A stretch of DNA of 56,732 nt from a virus (lineage: Duplodnaviria > Caudoviricetes), in the IMG/VR virus record IMGVR_UViG_3300037262_000027, positions 1-56,732 of that record; one strand, 5' to 3'. The notes below the pieces were generated by a model. It was not told the DNA's origin and ran no database searches. It saw nothing but the letters and a program-made list of their open reading frames with translations. A program made the translations under genes and the position numbers. Positions 44,871 through 53,806 of this stretch are shown here, in pieces (position 1 is the stretch's first letter; each line of letters begins with the position of its first letter).

Positions 44871-45117
44871 GCATCCTCATCCCCTGCGCCATCGTGGCCT
44901 ACTGCCTCGTCGTGCTCGCCACCTGCCGCGTGCTGCGTCACCTGCGGCGGGCCACGACGCACACTCCAAGACTGCGCGGGCGGCGATGACGCCCCCATCA
45001 CCTGGCGTCGGGTCCGCAGACCATCCGTCGCCCGTGCAGAAGCTACCTGTAGCCGAGGCGCGAGCCAGCGAGGGTCCCTCCTCCCTTGCCGGTGTAGACC
45101 GCTCTGAGGGTAAGCCA

Positions 45118-45339
45118 ATGCCCAGGCTGTCGCGGGATGAGGTTCGGCCTCCGCGATACGGGCAACTCCTCGCAGTAGAGCAGTGGCGCAGAGCCACGCG
45201 GGAGTCCCGGCTCCGCTCCGAGGCCCGAAGGCATGAGCCGAAAAGCTCGGGCCTCCCCGCCCTCCTGTTCGGTGTCCTCCTGGCTGTCGTGGGGGCGTGG
45301 CTGCTGCTGGCCTATCTGGGTGTGGGGGTCGGCTTATGA
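45118..45339 (+). CDS. Small membrane protein
   Basis: C-terminal TM helix. Confidence 0.55.
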   Translation: MPRLSRDEVRPPRYGQLLAVEQWRRATRESRLRSEARRHEPKSSGLPALLFGVLLAVVGAWLLLAYLGVGVGL

Positions 45340-45620
45340 GCGAGGCCCTGGAGCTGGTGCGCGAGATGAAGCCGTGGAAAGCGGGTCAAGAGCTGGCGCT
45401 GTACCGCCAAGGCTCGGAGTACATGGTGGTCTCGACGGTCAACCTCTCCCAAGCCTTCCTCGGCGGCTACGCGACGGCTGGCGAGGAGACGATGGCGTTC
45501 GCCGCAGACGAGCAGGGCGAGGTCACGGACTGGGGCGAGCTTGCCTGCGCCAACGGCGAGGGCAGCCGCGCGGACGTCATCGAGCAGCTTGCATCGGGCC
45601 ACCGCGAGGCCCGCTGGTGA
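45336..45620 (+). CDS. Hypothetical protein
   Basis: YMVVS..ETMAFAADEQG.V.DW.EL; coupled overlaps. Confidence 0.65.
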   Translation: MSEALELVREMKPWKAGQELALYRQGSEYMVVSTVNLSQAFLGGYATAGEETMAFAADEQGEVTDWGELACANGEGSRADVIEQLASGHREARW

Positions 45621-45952
45621 CCGCCCCCCGCGTCGCCCCCCGAGCCAAGATCCGGGTCCTGCTCTCCGGGGAATGGCTCTACGGCACCGTCAACCGCCGC
45701 GAGTTCGCCCGGGCCACGCACCCCGATGAGAAGCTCTCGACGTTCAAGCTGACCAAACGGGGCTGGAAAGGGCTGCGCTCGGTGGTAGAGGTCGTGGGCT
45801 CTCAGGTCGCTGCGTGGGAGTGGCAAGCGCCGCCCGCCGCAGCGAAGCGGAGGCGTCCTCAACCGAAAGCCGAACCGCCCACCGTCCCTGCCGAAATCTC
45901 CGAGGCTGATCGTGAGGCCCTTTCAGCGCATATGGCGGGGGTGCGGGGGTGA
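45617..45952 (+). CDS. Hypothetical protein
   Basis: GTGA coupling; 111 aa. Confidence 0.5.
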   Translation: MTAPRVAPRAKIRVLLSGEWLYGTVNRREFARATHPDEKLSTFKLTKRGWKGLRSVVEVVGSQVAAWEWQAPPAAAKRRRPQPKAEPPTVPAEISEADREALSAHMAGVRG

Positions 45953-46157
45953 AGCGCACCGTCACCACGCAGATCGTCGGGGACCTCGGAACCCGCTGGA
46001 CCCGACGGGGTGCCCAGCGCCTCGCTGACGAGTCGAACCGAGGCCCCGCCATGAACCGGCCCGTCGAGTACCGGGTGCTCCGGGTGAGGCTGCTCTGCTG
46101 GTCGGTCATCGGCTATCAGGCGGTGCTTGAGTCGACGGACCGGACGCGGGGTGAAGG

Positions 46158-46364
46158 GTGACGACCGGCACTCAGGTTCAAGCGGCGGCCTGTCTGGGCT
46201 GCGGCGTGACGTGGCTGTTCCCTGACGACCTGCCCGAGTCTGAGGACCCACGCAACCAGTTTCCCGTCGAGTCCGGACCGTGGGGCCTGCCGTGTCCTGA
46301 CTGCGGGGGTGTGATCTGGGTCACAGACCCGATGGCCCGGACCGAGCTTGAGGAGCGGCCGTGA
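46158..46364 (+). CDS. Zinc-ribbon protein
   Basis: CLGC...CPDCGG. Confidence 0.55.
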   Translation: MTTGTQVQAAACLGCGVTWLFPDDLPESEDPRNQFPVESGPWGLPCPDCGGVIWVTDPMARTELEERP

Positions 46365-46423
46365 CCACCGCCGAGGCCGACCTCTCCACCACCCCCGGAG
46401 CAAACCAACCCAAGGAGCAATGC

Positions 46424-46675
46424 ATGTTCGAGATAGGCGAGAAGGTCTTCATCCGTACCGTCACGTTCCACTACATCGGCGAGATCAGCGAGCGCGATGG
46501 CGACTGGCTGACCCTGAAGAACGCGAGCTGGGTTGCTGATAGCGGTCGTTTCCACGTGGCGATCCGCGATGGGAAGCTAAACGAGGTCGAGTTCGTCGGT
46601 GACGCCTCGGTGAACCTCGCGACCGCGACCGATGCGCTGCCGTGGAAGCACGATCTGCCGTCAGAGAGCAAGTAG
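46424..46675 (+). CDS. Small Sm-like/SH3-barrel protein
   Basis: AAGGAG RBS; IGEKVFIRTVTFHYIGEI....DWLTLKNASWVADSGRF..EVE..V...AT.DA. Confidence 0.7.
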   Translation: MFEIGEKVFIRTVTFHYIGEISERDGDWLTLKNASWVADSGRFHVAIRDGKLNEVEFVGDASVNLATATDALPWKHDLPSESK

Positions 46676-46682
46676 AACGGCC

Positions 46683-46931
46683 ATGACGCCAGCTATCTAC
46701 ATCGGCAGTCCGTGGTCGCGGTCGTGGTCGTGGTCGCGGTCGTGGTCGCGGTCGCGGTCGCGGTCGTGGTCGCGGTCGCGGTCGCGGTCGTGGTCGCGGT
46801 CGTGGTCGCGGTCGTGGTCGCGGTCGTGGTCGCGGTCGCGGTCGCGGTCGTGGTCGCGGTCGTGGTCGCGGTCGTGGTCGCGGTCGCGGTCGTGGTCGCG
46901 GTCGCGGTCGTGGTCGTGGTCGCGGTCGTGA
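46683..46931 (+). CDS. 82-aa RS/WS dipeptide-repeat protein
   Basis: ATG plus 10-aa leader, then 36 X-Ser units; TGA exactly at repeat end, overlapping next ATG. Confidence 0.6.
   Translation: MTPAIYIGSPWSRSWSWSRSWSRSRSRSWSRSRSRSWSRSWSRSWSRSWSRSRSRSWSRSWSRSWSRSRSWSRSRSWSWSRS
46713..46928 (+). repeat. Tandem hexamer array (C/T)GGTCG x36
   Basis: Only two unit types: TGGTCG (15) and CGGTCG (21). Confidence 0.97.
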
Positions 46932-47092
46932 TGGCCGGTCGCGGTCTACCAGACCAGGCGACGCGGGGTTATGACTTCGACCCGCTGCCCGAGAGCGGCT
47001 GGTGCCCGTTCTGTGGTACCGAGGGCATCCTGCGGCATGTCGAGTCGGCTCAGGACCTACTCAGGCGCACCGCCCCGGAGTTGTTCCGATGA
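46931..47092 (+). CDS. Small CxxC protein
   Basis: TGATG coupling; WCPFCG. Confidence 0.5.
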   Translation: MAGRGLPDQATRGYDFDPLPESGWCPFCGTEGILRHVESAQDLLRRTAPELFR

Positions 47093-47640
47093 CCACCGCC
47101 GAGGCCGACCTCTCCACCACCCCCGGAGCCCTGGAGCAGCCAGCGCGGCAGATTCCGCTCTGGGCTCGCGATGGCAGCGTCCGCGCTTGGGTGCTCGTCG
47201 ACGATGCCGACTTCCAGTGGCTCAGCCGGTGGCGCTGGCATATGCACTTGGGCTACGCCGCCAGAACAGTCCGTCGGATGTACAAGATGCGGATGCACCG
47301 CCAGATCCTTGGCTTGGAGCCCGGCGACCCGCGCATGGGCGAGCACATTGACCGCAATCCGCTCAACAATCAGCGGTCCAACCTACGCATCGCCGAGCAC
47401 GGCCAGCTCGACAACAAACAGAACGTCGGAGAGCAGGCAAACAACACGTCGCGCTTTCGTGGGGTGTTTCGGGACAAGCGGCGACTGAGCAGGCCGTGGT
47501 ATGCGCAGGCGCAGATCGGCCGAAAGAGATACTGCCTCGGCACCTTCGCCACCGGGGAGGAAGCGGATAGAGCGGTCAAAGCGTGGCGAGCTGAGCACAT
47601 GCCGTTTTCCGACGACGCGCGGGTCGGGGTCGAGCCGTGA
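47089..47640 (+). CDS. HNH endonuclease with AP2 domain
   Basis: LVDDADF, MHRQIL, EHIDRNPLNNQRSNLR, NTSRFRGV, WYAQ..LGTF.T.EEA. Confidence 0.9.
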   Translation: MTTAEADLSTTPGALEQPARQIPLWARDGSVRAWVLVDDADFQWLSRWRWHMHLGYAARTVRRMYKMRMHRQILGLEPGDPRMGEHIDRNPLNNQRSNLRIAEHGQLDNKQNVGEQANNTSRFRGVFRDKRRLSRPWYAQAQIGRKRYCLGTFATGEEADRAVKAWRAEHMPFSDDARVGVEP

Positions 47641-48542
47641 ACGTCGCTGTGGTCGACGGCGAGGTACTTGACCGGGACATCCCCGGCGTCGGGCTACTGC
47701 ACTTCGAGGATCTCGGGCCCGGCGAATGGCTCACCAAGGCGGCCGAGCCCGCGAAGGCGAGACGACGCCGCTACATGCTGGACGGCGAGGAGTACATCTC
47801 CGTCTCACAGATCACCGCGACCTTAGGCAAGCAAGAGGCGCTGGTGCCGTGGGCCGAACGCGAGAGTATCGAGGCGACCATCCGCGCGATCCAGAGTGGC
47901 GCGCTCGACCCGCGCACCGCGCCTGAGGAGGCCGTGCGGCTGTTGCGCGAGGAGAAGCTCGGCGCCGCAGGCGTGCGCGACCGGGCAGCCCAGCGCGGCA
48001 AGGCGATCCACGCCGTCATCTACCGCTATCTGACCACGGGCGAGTTCCCGCATCGCGGCGAGGACCCCGCCGACTGGTGGGCGTGGATGCAGGGCACCGC
48101 CAAGGCGCTGCTCGCGCTCCTGCCCGAACCCGAGGAGGCCGAGCAGCCCGTCTGCAACCCCATGCACCGCTACGCCGGCCGGCCGGACCTGATCGCCCGC
48201 TGCCGCTGGCGGGGGCGCTCGACACGGCTGCTGCTGGACTACAAGACCGGCAAAGGCCGCATCTACGACTCGGCCCACTACCAGACCCGCCTGTACGACG
48301 CGTGCCTAGAGCCATGCCAGATCGAACCGGTCGAGGACATCCTGATCCTCGGCATCGACGACAGCGGGGGCTTCGAGCTCGTACGCTGCGAAATCAGCGA
48401 GTCCGACGCGCTCGACCTGCTGTCGGTCCACCGCTCACGCAAACAGGTCAACGCCGGGATGGCCGCTCAACGCAAGGCGAAACGGCCCATCGACTCAGCG
48501 TGCGAGAGCCGGAACCGGGCGGAGAAGAAGGCGCGGGCGTGA
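47637..48542 (+). CDS. PD-(D/E)XK exonuclease
   Basis: SVSQI, RGKAIH, YAGRPDL, LLDYKTG, Q..LY. Confidence 0.85.
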   Translation: MNVAVVDGEVLDRDIPGVGLLHFEDLGPGEWLTKAAEPAKARRRRYMLDGEEYISVSQITATLGKQEALVPWAERESIEATIRAIQSGALDPRTAPEEAVRLLREEKLGAAGVRDRAAQRGKAIHAVIYRYLTTGEFPHRGEDPADWWAWMQGTAKALLALLPEPEEAEQPVCNPMHRYAGRPDLIARCRWRGRSTRLLLDYKTGKGRIYDSAHYQTRLYDACLEPCQIEPVEDILILGIDDSGGFELVRCEISESDALDLLSVHRSRKQVNAGMAAQRKAKRPIDSACESRNRAEKKARA

Positions 48543-48699
48543 GCAGCCATGCCATCACGCTGCGGATCATCGTCGCGGTCGATGATGACGAGATCGAGAA
48601 CGCCGAGAGCGTCGAAGAAGCCGCGCTGATCTCCGCACGCTCCGGCGGGATGCTCGACGCCGAAGTGATCGACTACGACGGCGCCGAGGAGCCCGACTC

Positions 48700-49107
48700 G
48701 TGACCACGAGCTCCGAGGCCAAGGCCAACGTCAAGCCCGTCCCCAAGCCCGGACCGAAGCGCAAGCCCCGCGAGCGCGAGACCCTCTACACCTTCGGATG
48801 CCTCCCCGAGGAGATACCGGCGTGCTTCCTCGCTCAGTTTGCCCCCAACGTCTCCTGCGGCGGCCGGATGGAAAAGGCCCACCTGATCCGCGAGCAGGTC
48901 ATCCGCCGCGAGGTCTCGCGGGCCAAGGTGGTGCTCTGGACGCCTGCGGTCTGGCGACCCGCCTGCTATCGCCACCACTCGATGCTCGACTCGTCAAAGC
49001 GCCTGCGGATCCCGCGCTCGGCGATCCCCGCCGAGACCGAGGCGTGGGCTTCTGAGAACGGGCTGGGCTGGTGGCTTGACGAAACGTACGGGGCGCGGTC
49101 GGCGTGA
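48700..49107 (+). CDS. HNH-like protein
   Basis: C..CGGRMEKAHLI...CYRHH..LD. Confidence 0.55.
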   Translation: MTTSSEAKANVKPVPKPGPKRKPRERETLYTFGCLPEEIPACFLAQFAPNVSCGGRMEKAHLIREQVIRREVSRAKVVLWTPAVWRPACYRHHSMLDSSKRLRIPRSAIPAETEAWASENGLGWWLDETYGARSA

Positions 49108-49436
49108 GCACCGGCATCACCTTCACACCCCTCCCGATCACCGGCATGATCGGCTGCGGAGTCCCGGTCCTGCCGGGGACGCCCGACGTTGACGCCCCGC
49201 TGGAGGAGCGCACCGAGCTGTGCGCGGTCGATGCCAACTGGCTGATCGGAGCAGTCCCTACCTGCGACTCCCACGCCCGCGTCGTCTGCGAACTCACCGA
49301 GATCGACTGGTCCGGGGTCGTCGCTGAGGCTGGCCGCGAGATGGAGTCAGCCGAACGCCCGTGGGCGGACCGGGAACGGCACTCCCAAGCTGAGGCCCGC
49401 GACCATCTGGCGCACTTCACCGGATCCTGCGCGTGA
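49104..49436 (+). CDS. Hypothetical protein
   Basis: GTGA coupling; C..C..CxxH. Confidence 0.55.
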   Translation: MSTGITFTPLPITGMIGCGVPVLPGTPDVDAPLEERTELCAVDANWLIGAVPTCDSHARVVCELTEIDWSGVVAEAGREMESAERPWADRERHSQAEARDHLAHFTGSCA

Positions 49437-52063
49437 ACAAGCGCGCCTATTCCCGGTTCCTGCGTCAGAAGGCGACGCTGGCATCGAACGATGGCTTTGA
49501 GATCGACCGAGCGGAGCTGAGCCCGGTCCTCAAGCCGCACCAGGCGGAGCTCGTGACGTGGGCGGTGAGGGGTGGCCGGCGCGCGATCTTCGCGGCGTTC
49601 GGGATCGGCAAGAGCGTGATCCAGCTTGAGACGCTGCGGCTGACGTTGGCGCACGGGCCCGTTAACGGCCGTGGGCTCATCGTCTGCCCGCTCGGCGTCC
49701 AGCAGGAGTTCGCCCACGACGCGCAGCTGCTCGGGCTGCCCGAGCTCGTCCGGGTGCGCACGACCGAGGAGGCGCAAGGCCTGCCGCCGGGAACGCTGGC
49801 GATCACGAACTACGAGCCGGTCCGCGACGGCAAGCTCGACCCGAACCTGTTTACGGCCGTGTCGCTGGACGAGGCGGCGATCCTGCGGTCGTTCGGCTCG
49901 AAGACCTACCAGACGTTCCTGACCCTGTTCGATGAGGTGCGCTATCGCTTCGTGGCCACGGCCACGCCCTCGCCGAACCGCTACAAGGAGCTGATCCACT
50001 ACGCCGGCTTCCTCGGGATCCTCGACACCGGGCAGGCCCTGACCCGGTTCTTCAAGCGCGACTCCACACAGGCGAACAACCTGACGCTGTTGGAGTCTCA
50101 GGAAGCGAGCTTCTGGCTATGGCTGGCGAGCTGGTCGGTCTGGCTGCAGAGCCCGGCCGAACTCTGCGAGTGCTCATGCCACGCGCGCCCGCGCAAGTGC
50201 CGACGCTGCGCCTGCGCGGATTACGTGCTACCCCAACTCGACCTGAAATACGAGGAGGTCGCCATCGACCACCAGGCGCGCTCGCAGGAGGAACGCGACG
50301 GGCAGACCTACCTGCTCGCGGACGCGACGCTCGGCGTCTCACAAGCTGCACGAGAGAAGCGCGCCACGCTCGATGACCGGGTGGCGCGGACGATCGAGTT
50401 GGGCCGTGGCTACCTGGACGCCGACCCATCCGACCAGCTCATCATCTTCTGCCACCTGAACGACGAGCAGCGCGCGCTCGAGCGAGCGCTCGACGCCGCC
50501 AGCATCAGCTACTCCTCGATCGACGGCTCGATGAGCTCAGAGCGCGTCGACGGTCTGCTCGCCGACTGGAGGGCCAAGCGGACAACGGTCCTGCTCGGCA
50601 AGCCGGTGATGCTCGGCGTCGGGCTCAACCTGCAGCAGGCGAACAAGATGATCTTCGCCGGGATTGACTTCCGCTTCCACGACACGATCCAAGCCTGCCA
50701 CCGGATCCAGCGCTTCGGCCAGACGCGCACCTGCCGAGTCCACCTGATCCACGCAGAATCCGAGCGCTCAGTGCTGGACGTGCTGGCCGCGAAGTGGCGC
50801 CAACACGAGGAGCTGACCGACAACATGAGCAAGCAGATTGCAGAGCACGGGCTCGCCCACGCGAACCTCAAGGAGGCGCTGAGCCGCAGCCTCGGCGTCG
50901 AGCGCATCGAAGCTGCCGGCGAGCGCTGGACGCTCGTCAACAACGACTGCGTCCCGGAGCTGATGGCGATGGCCGCCGAGTCGGTCGACCTGATCGTGAC
51001 GAGCATCCCGTTCTCGAACCACTACGAGTACACGCCCGCCTATGAGGACTTGGGCTTCACCGAGGACAACGCGCACTTCTGGGAGCAGATGGACTTCCTG
51101 ACCCCCGAGCTGCTGCGAGTGCTGCAGCCGGGCCGCGTCTATGCCTGCCATGTCAAGGACCGGATCCTGTTTGGCAACGTCACCGGCGCCGGCCTGCCGA
51201 CGAGCTCGCCCTTCCACGCCGAGGCGATCATGCACGGCATCCGCCACGGCTTCGACTACCTCGGCATGGTCACGGTCATCACCGATGTCGTGCGCGAGAA
51301 CAATCAGACCTACCGGCTCGGCTGGTCGGAGCAATGCAAGGACGGCACGAAGATGGGCGTCGGCTCGCCCGAGTATGTCCTCCTGTTCCACAAGCCGCAG
51401 AGCGATCGGAGCAAAGGCTACGCCGACGCGCCGGTCACGAAGGACAAGCAGGTGTACTCACGCTCGCGCTGGCAGACCGACGCCCACGCCTTCTGGCGCT
51501 CAAGCGGCGACCGGCACCTGACGACCGAGGAGATGGCGCACATGGGACCCGACAAGCTCGCCGCGCTGTTCACCGCGCAGAGCCTTCAAGGCGTCTACGA
51601 CCATGAGGCGCACGTCCACATCGGCGAGGAACTCGACGCCCGCGGCGCGCTGCCCTCATCCTTCATGGCGCTCGCGCCCGGCTCGCATGATGAGATGGTC
51701 TGGCACGACGTGAGCCGGATGCGGACGCTCAACTCAGAGCAGCGCCAGCGCCACGCTGCGCTCCACGTCTGCCCGCTGCAGCTCGACATCGTGGATCGCC
51801 TCATCCGCCGCTACTCCAATGAGGGCGAGCTCGTGCTCGACCCGTTCTCAGGACTCGGCACGGTGCCAGTGCGCGCACTCGCGCTCGGCCGGCGCGGCTA
51901 CGGCGTCGAGCTGAACAACAGCTACTTCCTCGACGCGATCGCCTACTGCCAGGCGCAGGACCGCGAGCAGTCGATGCCCTCGCTGTTCGACGCGCTGGAG
52001 CCCTCAGAGCCCACCGAGAAGCCTCCCGCGCGCCGCCGAGCACGCAAGAAGGCCGCGGCGTGA
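49433..52063 (+). CDS. SF2 helicase / N4-N6 DNA methyltransferase fusion
   Basis: AFGIGKS, DEAA, TAT, HRIQRFGQ; TSIPF and DPFSGLGT (beta-class order). Confidence 0.92.
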   Translation: MNKRAYSRFLRQKATLASNDGFEIDRAELSPVLKPHQAELVTWAVRGGRRAIFAAFGIGKSVIQLETLRLTLAHGPVNGRGLIVCPLGVQQEFAHDAQLLGLPELVRVRTTEEAQGLPPGTLAITNYEPVRDGKLDPNLFTAVSLDEAAILRSFGSKTYQTFLTLFDEVRYRFVATATPSPNRYKELIHYAGFLGILDTGQALTRFFKRDSTQANNLTLLESQEASFWLWLASWSVWLQSPAELCECSCHARPRKCRRCACADYVLPQLDLKYEEVAIDHQARSQEERDGQTYLLADATLGVSQAAREKRATLDDRVARTIELGRGYLDADPSDQLIIFCHLNDEQRALERALDAASISYSSIDGSMSSERVDGLLADWRAKRTTVLLGKPVMLGVGLNLQQANKMIFAGIDFRFHDTIQACHRIQRFGQTRTCRVHLIHAESERSVLDVLAAKWRQHEELTDNMSKQIAEHGLAHANLKEALSRSLGVERIEAAGERWTLVNNDCVPELMAMAAESVDLIVTSIPFSNHYEYTPAYEDLGFTEDNAHFWEQMDFLTPELLRVLQPGRVYACHVKDRILFGNVTGAGLPTSSPFHAEAIMHGIRHGFDYLGMVTVITDVVRENNQTYRLGWSEQCKDGTKMGVGSPEYVLLFHKPQSDRSKGYADAPVTKDKQVYSRSRWQTDAHAFWRSSGDRHLTTEEMAHMGPDKLAALFTAQSLQGVYDHEAHVHIGEELDARGALPSSFMALAPGSHDEMVWHDVSRMRTLNSEQRQRHAALHVCPLQLDIVDRLIRRYSNEGELVLDPFSGLGTVPVRALALGRRGYGVELNNSYFLDAIAYCQAQDREQSMPSLFDALEPSEPTEKPPARRRARKKAAA

Positions 52064-52094
52064 TGGGAACCGGTTTCACCGCAAGGGGTCGCGC

Positions 52095-52229
52095 TTACGC
52101 AGCCGCCAAAGCCCCCTGCGTAGACGCCGAATCCGCACGTTCCGAGGCTTGCGTAAACCGCATACGCACGCAACGGGTCAGAGGCCCCCGCTGCACGGCG
52201 TTACGCAGGCGAACCCATGCGTCTACGCT
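52095..52229. promoter_or_regulatory. Candidate res-like recombinase-binding region
   Basis: TACGCA/TGCGTA half-sites at 52096, 52117, 52150, 52163, 52202; inverted GCGTAGACGC/GCGTCTACGC. Confidence 0.55.
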
Positions 52230-52236
52230 GGAGGCG

Positions 52237-52920
52237 ATGGCACTGCAGCTGATCGGCTATGCGCGCGTCTCGACCGACGAGCAGGCGCTCTACGGCTACG
52301 GCCTGGACGCCCAGGAGTCAAAGCTCCGCGAGCACGCCCGCCGCGCCGGCGCTGAGATGGTCGTGATCCGCGACGAGGGGATCAGCGGCAAGGCGCTCGA
52401 GCGGCCGGGCCTGATGCGCGCGCTCGCCCGGATCGCCGCAGGAGACGCCGACGGGCTCGTGGTCGCGAAGCTCGACCGGCTGACCCGTTCAGTGATCGAC
52501 TTCGCGATGCTCCTGGAGTGGTTCACGGTCGCGGACGCGCTGCTCGTCGCGCTTGACTTTGACTTGGACACCTCGACGCCCGCAGGCCGGCTCGTCGCGA
52601 CGATCATGGCGGGCGTCGCCGAGTGGGAGCGCGGCGTGATCGCCCAGCGCACCCGCGAGGGCCTGGCCGCGGCGCGGGCGCAGGGACGCCCGGTCGGACG
52701 CCCGGCGATCGCCGATGAGCTGGCACAGCGCGTCCGCCGGATGCGCGAGGAGGGCACGACGCTACAGGCGATCTGCGACCAGCTCAACGCCGAGAAGGTG
52801 CCGACGGCGCGCGGCGCGAGCGAATGGCGCCCCTCAGCGATCCAGCGGGCGCTCGGCTATGAGCGCCGGCCGCGTCGCCGCAAGATCGCGACGCTACCCG
52901 AGCTCCCCCGGCGCCGCTGA
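52237..52920 (+). CDS. Serine recombinase (resolvase/invertase type)
   Basis: GGAGG RBS; YARVSTDEQ, DEGISG..RPGL, KLDRLTRS, C-terminal HTH. Confidence 0.95.
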   Translation: MALQLIGYARVSTDEQALYGYGLDAQESKLREHARRAGAEMVVIRDEGISGKALERPGLMRALARIAAGDADGLVVAKLDRLTRSVIDFAMLLEWFTVADALLVALDFDLDTSTPAGRLVATIMAGVAEWERGVIAQRTREGLAAARAQGRPVGRPAIADELAQRVRRMREEGTTLQAICDQLNAEKVPTARGASEWRPSAIQRALGYERRPRRRKIATLPELPRRR

Positions 52921-52947
52921 TGCCACGATGCCAAGACAGGAGAGAAG

Positions 52948-53160
52948 ATGAGCGACAGCGAGTATGGAAATCGGCTGCAGGAGGTGCGTATCGAACCGTC
53001 GGGGCTCGTCCGGGTCCAGCTCTCGCTGAGCGATCCGCCGCACTTGCTCGGTTGGCACAAGGCAGAAGAACTCGGCGAGCGAATCATCGAGGCCGCTCTC
53101 ACGATCAGACGCCGAGAAGAGGCATCTGAGCGCAGAGACAAAGCGAAGGCGAGGCCGTGA
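52948..53160 (+). CDS. Hypothetical protein
   Basis: AGGAG RBS inside repeat; 70 aa. Confidence 0.6.
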   Translation: MSDSEYGNRLQEVRIEPSGLVRVQLSLSDPPHLLGWHKAEELGERIIEAALTIRRREEASERRDKAKARP

Positions 53161-53361
53161 TGCCAAATCGCCTTACTTCTATTTCTTGGGACAAACCTTC
53201 TTGAACCACACGCTAGCCACTCTTGACCCACTTTCCATCGATTAGGATGTAGCTACGTCGCCAGCTAATAGGCTTCTTCTTACGTTCCTCAGCGGTCATT
53301 CAGCGCCAAAGACTTCGCAGACCCTACCGCGTGGCTAGAGGTTATTTGCTGATGACCCTCG

Positions 53362-53577
53362 ATGACACAACCCCCAACCCCAAGCCCTAATGACGACGCC
53401 CAGGCGAGATTCGAGGCTGCTGAGGCACAGGTTGCCACGATGGAAAGTGTGGAGACAAAGGAGTTGCAAGACACCAAGCGAAGGCTGCGGGAGGCGACCA
53501 GCGTTATAGAACGATGCCGTGATACACATTGGCACTCCGCCAAGCGTATCTGCCTTGATTTTCTAGGTAGGCCGTGA
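53362..53577 (+). CDS. Hypothetical coiled-coil protein
   Basis: 71 aa; lower GC. Confidence 0.5.
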   Translation: MTQPPTPSPNDDAQARFEAAEAQVATMESVETKELQDTKRRLREATSVIERCRDTHWHSAKRICLDFLGRP

Positions 53578-53596
53578 TGCCAAGACAGGAGAGAAG

Positions 53597-53806
53597 ATGA
53601 GCGAGAAATTGCGCGCTATTGACGTTGAATGTCCTGACTGTGGGTCTGGGCCAGGCGATCCCTGTATCTCGCTGAAGGACCTACACAACCCCCGCAACAC
53701 GGGGTTCATGCACCGAGAGGTCAAGAATCTCCACGCTGGCCGCTACTGGGAGGCCCGGTTCCTGCGCTCGGTGTCTACGAAAAGCACGATGAAAGGCCGT
53801 CGATGA
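53597..53806 (+). CDS. Zinc-finger protein
   Basis: VECPDCGSGPGDPC...H.GR. Confidence 0.65.
   Translation: MSEKLRAIDVECPDCGSGPGDPCISLKDLHNPRNTGFMHREVKNLHAGRYWEARFLRSVSTKSTMKGRR

Larger units (their letters stand above)
46362..47129 (+). repeat. 40-bp exact direct repeat (46362-46401 and 47090-47129)
   Basis: TGACCACCGCCGAGGCCGACCTCTCCACCACCCCCGGAGC occurs twice. Confidence 0.95.
52927..53604 (+). repeat. 29-bp direct repeat (52927-52955, 53576-53604) plus 15-bp partial copy (53152-53166)
   Basis: GATGCCAAGACAGGAGAGAAGATGAGCGA twice; AGGCCGTGATGCCAA twice. Confidence 0.9.

Noticed and set aside
44990-45117. Possible ncRNA in early-region gap
   Set aside because: Only 4-6 bp stems, expected by chance at this GC content
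46713-46928. CRISPR array or DGR template/variable repeat
   Set aside because: Pure hexamer tandem with no spacers; no cas or reverse transcriptase gene; variation is C/T, not adenine-specific
46712-47092. Poly-Val/Ala membrane protein ORF across the repeat
   Set aside because: Its GTG is part of the repeat with no RBS; the downstream ATG 46931 explains the C-terminal part
52237-52920. Large serine integrase
   Set aside because: Only 227 aa; no zinc-ribbon or coiled-coil domain
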